From: Escherichia coli | GTDB lineage: Bacteria; Pseudomonadota; Gammaproteobacteria; Enterobacterales; Enterobacteriaceae | Direction: 5' to 3' (one strand) | Length of the DNA stretch: 8,910 nt | Assembly: GCF_044324785.1 (NCBI RefSeq) | Contig: NZ_CP172131.1 | In this document: one piece after another, positions 1-5,446 of the stretch | Layout of the letters: each line of letters begins with the position of its first letter | Position numbering within the stretch: position 1 is the first letter of the stretch | Notes under the pieces: model-generated | What the model was told of the DNA's origin: nothing | The model's database searches: none | What the model saw: only the letters and a program-made list of their open reading frames with translations | Translations under genes and position numbers: made by a program

Positions 1-69
1 TATTACCTTTCGAAGAAATTTTTGACATCCTCTACGCCCTGAAGGACCGGGTTTTACGGCGTACCAGAT

Positions 70-95
70 AAAAAAACCCCTCTACTGAAGAGGGG
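70..95 (-). terminator. Intrinsic terminator-like hairpin (minus-strand orientation)
   Basis: 7-bp GC-rich stem cccctct/agagggg (77-83/89-95) with 5-nt loop; the A-run at 70-76 on + gives a T-run after the hairpin on the - strand. Confidence 0.5.
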
Positions 96-218
96 TAGTG
101 TAAGGAACTTGCTGATTTTCTTGATATTATTAACCATCAATAACTGAGCATACAAAAAATAACAAAACTCTGACACAGATACAACCATCCCTCTTTGTAT
201 AAGACCGATGTGCATCTC

Positions 219-302
219 AAAAAAGAAGCGTGTTTCTGGAACACAGAACAACAATGCACATTGTAGCCAACAAATTCACACCAGAAACACGCTCTGTTTT
301 TT
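219..302. repeat. Long inverted-repeat element A: 13-bp perfect arms flanking a 41-nt loop, with A-run and T-run on the outside
   Basis: agcgtgtttctgg (227-239) is the exact reverse complement of ccagaaacacgct (281-293); aaaaaa at 219-224 and tgtttttt at 295-302 make the unit symmetric and terminator-like in both orientations. Confidence 0.6.
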
Positions 303-372
303 AATTTACACAAGAATATATGTCTGGAAAATCAGGAAGAAGAAATTAATGGGCATTCTGTATACGAAGGGA

Positions 373-434
373 GAGCGCGTTTCCGGTGCCCCATATTAGA
401 TATTATCCCTGCAACAAACACCAGAGACGCGCTC
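373..434. repeat. Inverted-repeat element B, related to element A
   Basis: Arms gagcgcgtttccggtg (373-388) and caccagagacgcgctc (419-434) pair over 16 positions with one mismatch and one G-U wobble, around a 30-nt loop; arm sequence is a variant of the element A arm. Confidence 0.55.
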
Positions 435-469
435 ATAATTCTTCTAGCGTAAATGATCCTTTCAGGCAA

Positions 470-497
470 GAAAAAAGCCGTGATTCTGTATCACGGC
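470..497 (-). terminator. Intrinsic terminator-like hairpin, strongest in minus orientation
   Basis: 8-bp stem gccgtgat/atcacggc (477-484/490-497), loop tctgt; aaaaaa at 471-476 gives a T-run on the - strand; a weaker T-rich tail (cttaatttta) follows on +. Confidence 0.45.
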
Positions 498-896
498 CTT
501 AATTTTATCGAAAACACGGATTTTAGTATGCACATGACTGTACTCCTGTGGAGTACAAGGAAATCATAATCAGCGACCAAACCATTTATCAACAGAAAAC
601 CAACATATTGATGTTATTTTTGTGACAAATGTTACAAATTCGAAACCACTGTATTTTTACTGCAACAAAATCTGGTTGATCTACAAGTTACACTGGGGTA
701 AAAAGTTGTCCGGAATGTTTCTGCGTAGTAAAGCCTCTAGCCGGATTGCCTTTGCAAAAACGCAGGAACGTTCCCCCCTTCATCAGTACTCCTGACGCTG
801 TAAGGAGCTGACTGATGCAGACAGGGCTGATGATATCTAATAAAAGCTATCTCATTTTTGCGCGTACATAAAATAAATCAGGCACTTCCCTACACT

Positions 897-925
897 CCCC
901 CTCCGGAATTGAGGGGGTTTTCTTT
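897..925 (+). terminator. Rho-independent terminator
   Basis: Stem ccccctc/gaggggg (897-903/911-917), 7-nt loop, followed by ttttcttt (918-925). Confidence 0.6.
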
Positions 926-1041
926 ACAATGTAAATAAATTGCTTGCGTAAAGTTCAAAAAAACTGCAAATTTTTACTGTAGTGTCGAGCTTCATGTAGC
1001 TCACCAGGGCATGGACTAAAAAGAAGTAAACCCATCTTTTA

Positions 1042-1067
1042 CCCCCCCTTATACGGGGGGTTCTTTA
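1042..1067 (+). terminator. Rho-independent terminator-like hairpin
   Basis: C-run (1042-1048) pairing with G-run (1055-1060) across loop ttatac, followed by ttcttta. Confidence 0.5.
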
Positions 1068-1361
1068 TAGCACAAAGAACACTTATAATTTATCATCTCA
1101 CAGCTATAAATATAAAAGAATAATATTCTAAACTACAGTTATTTATGCAGAACATAACATCAAACTCACAATAAATATAAAACAATTATTTTATAACTGT
1201 TCACTTATTATATTCAGACATATCAGAAACACGACTCAATTCTTTTTTATTTAACAAAATCCATAAAAAACTTATGGTTGAAATCACATTTAAACTGTGA
1301 AGGATATCATCCGGAGAAATTTTTCAATCCGACACTCCATAGAATGGACCTTTAAGACTTT

Positions 1362-1389
1362 ATCCTCATCATGTATGAGGATTTTTTTT
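1362..1389 (+). terminator. Rho-independent terminator
   Basis: Perfect 8-bp stem atcctcat/atgaggat (1362-1369/1375-1382), 5-nt loop, then a run of seven T (1383-1389). Confidence 0.7.
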
Positions 1390-1520
1390 CTGGCAAACAG
1401 TATCTTTCAGTAATCCTTGCTCAGTTCCGATTCTGACGTATCCCCGTGTGGATCTGAAAAGGAGATAATTACGCTCTGTGGCCAACAGGAATAACTCAAG
1501 CAGCTCCTCTCTGATACCAT

Positions 1521-1750
1521 CAGAAGAAGCATTAAACGCATTCTGGCGTCGATTACAGAAGAAGCGGAACGCGTTCCAGGCTCCTGTTGCTATACACACT
1601 ACCCACACTAACCCCATGGTTTTTGAGCGCCAGAAACGCGTCCGTATGCGTTTTAACGCGTTCCTGTGTTTTCAGCAAGGCCTGACTGAAGCTAGTTCCT
1701 AGTGCCCTGAACCAACCATTATCCAAAAAAATGCACCGGAAACGCGCTGA
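1521..1750. repeat. Array of at least five AACGCGTT-type palindromic motifs (iteron-like), same motif family as the arms of elements A and B
   Basis: Copies at about 1535-1546 (aaacgcattctgg), 1567-1578 (gaacgcgttcca, centred on the perfect palindrome GAACGCGTTC), 1633-1644 (gaaacgcgtccg), 1655-1665 (taacgcgttcc) and 1741-1749 (aaacgcgct). The 15-mer caccggaaacgcgct at 1735-1749 equals the reverse complement of 374-388. Two direct repeats beginning cagaagaagc sit at 1521 and 1556. Confidence 0.55.
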
Positions 1751-1772
1751 CAACACTTTAGCCTGTCTTTGG

Positions 1773-3326
1773 TTACCATCCCAGCGACGGGCCATCCAGT
1801 GTCCGTTCCTGTATTTCCAGATGGCGCTCACGCTCTAGGAATAGCTCATGTTCACGTTCCTGTATCAGTAGTTCGTCCCTTATCTCCTGCTCTCGCTGTA
1901 TAACTGGCTCAAGTGTTCTGTCTGCTCGCTCAAGTGCTGCACCTGCTGACTCAACTGCATGACCCGCTCGTTCAGCATCGCGTTGTCCCGTTGCGTAAGC
2001 GAAAACATCTTCTGCAATTCCACGAAGGCGCTCTCCCATTCGTTCAGCCGCTGCATATAGTCCTGTTGCAGCTGCTCTAAGGCGTTCAGCAAATGTGTTT
2101 CCAGCTCTGTCACTCTGTGTCACTCCTTCAGATGTACCCACTCTTTCCCCTGAAAGGGAATCACCTCTGCTGATTTCCCGTACGGAAGGACCAGAAATTT
2201 CCTGTTCCCGTCCTGCACGAACTCCACGCCCCATGTCTTCGCGTTCAGTTTCTGCAATGTCTCTTCCTGCTTCCTGATATCTTCCAGGTTCGCCTGTATC
2301 CTCCCGCCAAGATACCAGAGCGTCCCGCCACTCGCGGTAAACAGGAGAAAGACTATCCCCAGTAACATCATGCCCGTATTCCCTGCCAGCTTTAACACGT
2401 CCTTCCTGTGCTGCCTCATCGCCTCTTTCACCCCTTCCCGGTGTTTCTCCAGCGATTCCTCTGTCGAGGCTGTGAACAGGGCTATAGCGTCTCTGATTTT
2501 CGTCTCGTTTGATGTCACAGCCTCGCTTACAGATTCGCCGAGCCTCCTGAACTCGTTGTTCAGCACTTTCTCTGTAGATTCGGCTCTCTCTTTCAGCTTT
2601 TTCTCGAACTCCGCGCCCGTCTGTAAAAGATTGCTCATAAAACGCTCCTTTCAGCCTGATATTCTTCCCGCCGTTCGGGTCTGCAATGCTGATGCTGCTT
2701 CGCGTCACCCTGACCACTTCAAGCCCCGCCTCTGTGAGCGCCTGAATCACATCCTGACGGCCTTTTATCTCCCCTACATGATAAAGAGCGTCTATCCCGC
2801 GTGTGACGCTCTCAGCAAGCGCCTGTTTCGTTTCCGGCAGGTTATCAGAGAGAGTCAGTATCCGGCGGTTCTCCGGGGCGTTGGGGTCATGCAGCCCGTA
2901 ATGGTGATTCACCAGCGTCTGCCAGGCATCAATTCTCGGCCTGTCTGCCCGGTCGTAGTACGGCTGGAGACGTTTTCCGGTCTGTAGCTCCATGTTCGGA
3001 ATGACAAAATTCAGCTCAAGCCGTCCCTTGTCCTGGTGCTCCACCCACAGGATGCTGTACTGATTCTTTTCGAGACCTGGCATCAGTACGCGCTCAAAGC
3101 TCGCCATCACTTTTTCACGTCCTCCCGGCGGCAGCTCCTTCTCCGCGAACGACAGAACGCCTGACGTGTATTTCTTCGCAAATGGCGTGGCATCGATGAG
3201 TTCCCGGACTTCTTCCGGATTACCCTGAAGCACCGTTGCGCCTTCGCGGTTACGCTCCCTCCCCAGCAGGTAATCAACCGGACCACTGCCACCACCTTTT
3301 CCCCTGGCATGAAATTTAACTATCAT
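1773..3326 (-). CDS. mbeA: MbeA mobilisation relaxase (MOBP/HEN family), 517 aa
   Basis: ORF 1773..3374 trimmed to the internal Met giving MIVKFHARGKGGGSGPVDYLLG (ATG at 3326..3324). Carries the catalytic Tyr context PVDYLL and a HEN-type motif (WVEHQDKGRLELNFVIPN). The 517-aa length matches my recollection of ColE1 MbeA, and the start overlaps the mbeC stop as in ColE1. Confidence 0.9.
   Translation of the reverse strand: MIVKFHARGKGGGSGPVDYLLGRERNREGATVLQGNPEEVRELIDATPFAKKYTSGVLSFAEKELPPGGREKVMASFERVLMPGLEKNQYSILWVEHQDKGRLELNFVIPNMELQTGKRLQPYYDRADRPRIDAWQTLVNHHYGLHDPNAPENRRILTLSDNLPETKQALAESVTRGIDALYHVGEIKGRQDVIQALTEAGLEVVRVTRSSISIADPNGGKNIRLKGAFYEQSFTDGRGVREKAERESRIYRESAEQRVQEARRICKRGCDIKRDENQRRYSPVHSLDRGIAGETPGRGERGDEAAQEGRVKAGREYGHDVTGDSLSPVYREWRDALVSWREDTGEPGRYQEAGRDIAETEREDMGRGVRAGREQEISGPSVREISRGDSLSGERVGTSEGVTQSDRAGNTFAERLRAAATGLYAAAERMGERLRGIAEDVFAYATGQRDAERAGHAVESAGAALERADRTLEPVIQREQEIRDELLIQEREHELFLERERHLEIQERTLDGPSLGW
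1880..2113 (-). CDS. mbeD: MbeD-like small mobilisation protein nested out of frame within mbeA
   Basis: 77-aa ORF lying wholly inside mbeA in another frame, the arrangement described for ColE1 mbeD. Start is GTG (2113..2111) with AAGGAG 9 nt upstream; coiled-coil-like sequence. The start-codon choice is uncertain. Confidence 0.6.
   Translation of the reverse strand: MTELETHLLNALEQLQQDYMQRLNEWESAFVELQKMFSLTQRDNAMLNERVMQLSQQVQHLSEQTEHLSQLYSESRR
2120..2638 (-). CDS. mbeB: MbeB mobilisation protein nested out of frame within mbeA, 172 aa
   Basis: ORF inside mbeA in an alternative frame with a perfect SD (gaaAGGAGcgtttt then ATG at 2638..2636); a hydrophobic segment (MMLLGIVFLLFTASGG) suggests membrane anchoring; size matches ColE1 MbeB as recalled. 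Confidence 0.8.
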   Translation of the reverse strand: MSNLLQTGAEFEKKLKERAESTEKVLNNEFRRLGESVSEAVTSNETKIRDAIALFTASTEESLEKHREGVKEAMRQHRKDVLKLAGNTGMMLLGIVFLLFTASGGTLWYLGGRIQANLEDIRKQEETLQKLNAKTWGVEFVQDGNRKFLVLPYGKSAEVIPFQGKEWVHLKE

Positions 3327-3672
3327 CCCGCGCCCCCTGTTCCCTGACGGCCAGACGCAGCCGGCGCAGCTCATCCCCGATGGCCATCAGTGCGGCCACC
3401 ACCTGAACCCGATCACCGGAAGACCACTGCCCGCTGTTCACCTTCCTCGCGGTCTGATTCAGGTTATTCCCGATGGCGGCCAGCTGACGCAGTAACGGCG
3501 GTGCCAGTGTCGGCAGCTTCCCGGAACGGGCAACCGGCTCCCCCAGGCAGACCCGCCGCATCCATACCGCCAGTTGTTTACCCTCACAGCGTTCCAGTAA
3601 CCGGGCATGTTCATCATCAGTAACCCGTATCGTGAGCATCCTCTCGCGTTTCATCGGTATCATTACCCCCAT
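3316..3672 (-). CDS. mbeC: MbeC relaxase accessory protein (ribbon-helix-helix type)
   Basis: ORF with the N-terminal motif MKRERMLTIRVTDDEHARLLERC typical of MobC/MbeC accessory proteins; sits immediately upstream of mbeA and overlaps it by 11 nt. The true start is ambiguous among three in-frame ATGs (3672, 3663, 3654); the longest is given. Confidence 0.8.
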   Translation of the reverse strand: MGVMIPMKRERMLTIRVTDDEHARLLERCEGKQLAVWMRRVCLGEPVARSGKLPTLAPPLLRQLAAIGNNLNQTARKVNSGQWSSGDRVQVVAALMAIGDELRRLRLAVREQGARDDS

Positions 3673-3703
3673 GAACAGAAATCCCCCTTACACGGAGGCA
3701 TCA

Positions 3704-3895
3704 GTGACTAAACAGGAAAAAACCGCCCTTAACATGGCCCGCTTCATCAGAGGCCAGACATTAACGCTGCTGGAGAAACTCAACGAACTGGACGCGGATG
3801 AACAGGCAGATATCTGTGAATCGCTTCACGACCACGCCGATGAGCTTTACCGCAGCTGCCTCGCACGTTTCGGGGATGACGGTGAAAACCTCTGA
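3704..3895 (+). CDS. rop: Rop/Rom, RNA I-RNA II pairing modulator, 63 aa
   Basis: GTG start at 3704 preceded by GGAGG (3694-3698). The translation VTKQEKTALNMARFIRGQTLTLLEKLNELDADEQADICESLHDHADELYRSCLARFGDDGENL matches Rop as I recall it from pBR322 except for one residue (G for S at position 17). Confidence 0.95.
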   Translation: MTKQEKTALNMARFIRGQTLTLLEKLNELDADEQADICESLHDHADELYRSCLARFGDDGENL

Positions 3896-3979
3896 CACAT
3901 GCAGCTCCCGGAGACGGTCACAGCTTGTCTGTGAGCGGATGCCGGGAGCCGACAAGCCCGTCAGGGCGCGTCAGCAGGT

Positions 3980-4050
3980 TTTAGCGGGTGTCGGGGCGCA
4001 GCCCTGACCCAGTCACGTAGCGATAGCGGAGTGTATACTGGCTTAGTCAT
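3980..4050 (+). other. bom/oriT region with predicted MbeA nic site (CTGG|CTTA, nick between 4041 and 4042)
   Basis: Sequence ggggcgcagccctgacccagtcacgtagcgatagcggagtgtatactggctta lies between rop and the origin exactly where pBR322/ColE1 carry bom; tactggctta at 4036-4045 contains the nic motif I recall for ColE1. Boundaries are approximate. Confidence 0.65.
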
Positions 4051-4217
4051 GCGGCATCGGTGCGGATTGTATGAAAAGTGCACCATGTACGGTGTGAAAT
4101 GCCGCACAGATGCGTAAGGAGAACATGCAGATGCCGATGCTCTTCCGCTTCCTCGCTCACTGACTCGCTGCGCTCGGTCGTTCGGCTGTGGCGAGCGGTG
4201 TCTGCTCACTCAAAAGC

Positions 4218-4226
4218 GGTGATACT
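4218..4226 (+). promoter_or_regulatory. DnaA box (ttatccaca) in the ColE1-type origin region
   Basis: Exact 9-mer match to the DnaA box consensus at the position where pBR322 has its DnaA box downstream of the RNA-DNA switch. Confidence 0.6.
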
Positions 4227-4719
4227 GTTATCCACACAATCAGGGGATAACGCCGGAAAGAACATGTGAGCAAAAAACGAAGACCCCAGAAAAGGCCGCG
4301 CCGGAGGCGCTTTTTCCATAGGCTCCGCCCCCCTGACGAGCATCACAAAAATCGACGCTCAAGTCAGAGGTGGCGAAACCCGACAGGACTTAAAGATACC
4401 AGGCGTTTCCCCCCGGAAGCTCCCTCGTGCGCTCTCCTGTTCCGACCCTGCCGCTTACCGGATACCTCTCCGCCTTTCTCCCTTCGGGAAGCGTGGCGCT
4501 TTCTCATAGCTCACGCTGTTGGTATCTCAGTTCGGTGTAGGTCGTTCGCTCCAAGCTGGGCTGTGTGCACGAACCCCCCGTTCAGCCCGACCGCTGCGCC
4601 TTATCCGGTAACTATCGTCTTGAGTCCAACCCGGTAAGACACGACAAAGCGCCACTGGCAGCAGCCGTTGGTAACTTGGTTAGCAGAGCGATGATGGCGC
4701 AAATGGTGCAACAGAGTTC

Positions 4720-4749
4720 TTGAAGTAGTGGCCCGACTACGGCTACACT
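4720..4749 (+). promoter_or_regulatory. RNA I promoter (-35 ttgaag 4720-4725, 18-bp spacer, -10 tacact 4744-4749)
   Basis: Conserved with the pMB1 RNA I promoter context (gttcttgaagt...ggctacact) directly upstream of the RNA I 5' end acagtatttgg. Confidence 0.7.
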
Positions 4750-4755
4750 GGAAGG

Positions 4756-4863
4756 ACAGTATTTGGTATCTGCGCTCTGCTGAAGCCAGTTACCTCGGTT
4801 AAGCAGTTCCCCAACTGACTTAACCTTCGATCAAACCGCCTCCCCAGGCGGTTTTTTCGTTTA
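4756..4863 (+). ncRNA. RNAI: RNA I antisense copy-number control RNA (about 108 nt)
   Basis: 5' region acagtatttggtatctgcgctctgctgaagccagttacct is identical to ColE1/pMB1 RNA I as recalled. Three stem-loops are retained, including ggttaag...cttaacc and the terminal hairpin aaaccgcctccccaggcggtttttt acting as terminator. Confidence 0.8.
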
Positions 4864-4871
4864 CAGGCAGC

Positions 4872-4900
4872 AGATTACGCGCAGAAAAAAAGGATCTCAA
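4872..4900 (-). promoter_or_regulatory. RNA II promoter (-35 TTGAGA as complement of 4895-4900; -10 TAATCT as complement of 4872-4877)
   Basis: The reverse complement reads ttgagatcctttttttctgcgcgtaatctg, matching the pMB1 RNA II promoter as I recall it. Confidence 0.7.
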
Positions 4901-4909
4901 GAAGATCCT
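4884..4909 (-). terminator. Intrinsic terminator downstream of kil, overlapping the RNA II promoter
   Basis: Stem aggatct/agatcct (4891-4897/4903-4909), loop caaga, with the A-run at 4884-4890 on + giving a T-run on the - strand just after the kil stop at 4920. Confidence 0.55.
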
Positions 4910-4919
4910 TTGATCTTTT

Positions 4920-5057
4920 CTACTGAACAGAGATCCCCGTCAGTTTAGAAGAAGATGATGGAGCCACAGTCCCTCCCTGAACATCACGTATATAGTTAGC
5001 CTGACATCCAACAAGGAGGTTTATAGCTAATATTCCCACAAAAAATCTTTTCCTCAT
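4920..5057 (-). CDS. kil: Colicin E1 lysis/release lipoprotein (Kil), 45 aa
   Basis: My own translation of the - strand (below the 60-aa ORF-track cut-off): [45 protein letters not shown], with lipobox LVGC and SD aagga 8 nt upstream of the ATG at 5057..5055. This is a typical colicin lysis protein placed downstream of cea and imm. Confidence 0.85.
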   Translation of the reverse strand: MRKRFFVGILAINLLVGCQANYIRDVQGGTVAPSSSSKLTGISVQ

Positions 5058-5104
5058 AACTCGATCCTTATAAAATGAAAAGAATATATAACGAGGTTTA
5101 ATTT

Positions 5105-5446
5105 ATGAGTTTAAGATACTACATAAAAAACATTTTGTTTGGCCTATATTGCACACTTATATATATATACCTTATAACAAAAAACAACGAAGGGTATTAT
5201 TTCCTAGCGTCAGATAAGATGCTATACGCAATCGTGATAAGCACTATTCTATGCCCATATTCAAAATATGCTATTGAACACATATTTTTTAAGTTCATAA
5301 AGAAAGATTTTTTCAGAAAAAGAAAAAATCTAAATAATGCCCCCGTGGCAAAATTAAACCTATTTATGCTATACAATCTACTTTGTTTGGTCCTAGCAAT
5401 CCCATTTGGATTGCTAGGACTGTTTATATCAATAAAGAATAATTAA
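5105..5446 (+). CDS. imm: Colicin E1 immunity protein (Imm), 113 aa integral membrane protein
   Basis: Translation [44 protein letters not shown]... matches the colicin E1 immunity protein as recalled; SD gagg 8 nt upstream; convergent with cea, with the two stop codons overlapping by 4 bp. Confidence 0.95.
   Translation: MSLRYYIKNILFGLYCTLIYIYLITKNNEGYYFLASDKMLYAIVISTILCPYSKYAIEHIFFKFIKKDFFRKRKNLNNAPVAKLNLFMLYNLLCLVLAIPFGLLGLFISIKNN

Larger units (their letters stand above)
4312..4865 (-). ncRNA. RNAII: RNA II replication pre-primer (about 555 nt); RNA-DNA transition near 4312
   Basis: Long stretches match the pMB1/ColE1 origin as recalled (ttccataggctccgcccccctgacgagcatcacaaaaatcgacgctcaagtcagaggtggcgaaacccgacaggac...). 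The 5' end is placed about 7 nt downstream of the -10 at 4872-4877; the 3' end is inferred from the conserved switch region. Confidence 0.75.

Noticed and set aside
54-399. ORFs 54..254 (-) and 208..399 (+) from the six-frame track
   Set aside because: They run through the terminator hairpin at 70-95 and the inverted-repeat element A, have no SD, and their low-complexity translations look like reading-frame accidents in AT-rich DNA.
1369-1831. Minus-strand ORFs 1369..1617 and 1553..1831 (possible extra mob gene downstream of mbeA)
   Set aside because: They overlap each other and the plus-strand 74-aa ORF, start at GTG with weak ribosome-binding context, and lie over the repeat array. I cannot match either to a known Mbe protein, so I leave them uncalled and flag the region instead.
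2095-3623. ORFs 2095..2277 (+), 2370..2987 (+), 3107..3310 (-) and 3390..3623 (+) inside mbeA/mbeC
   Set aside because: They are antisense or alternate-frame shadow ORFs within GC-rich coding sequence, with Pro/Ser/Arg-rich translations and no SD. Only the two nested frames with mobilisation-protein character (mbeB, mbeD) were kept.
3904-3949. Large inverted repeat gctcccgg...ccgggagc just after rop, considered as a rop terminator
   Set aside because: It is not followed by a T-run and is a conserved structural feature of the pBR322/ColE1 bom-proximal region, so it is not called as an intrinsic terminator.
3761-4637. ORFs 3761..3955 (-), 3798..4007 (+), 3961..4209 (-), 4078..4269 (+) and 4266..4637 (+)
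   Set aside because: They fall on rop (antisense or alternate frame), the bom/oriT hairpins and the RNA II primer region, which are known non-coding functional DNA; the translations are Arg/Pro-rich frame artefacts.
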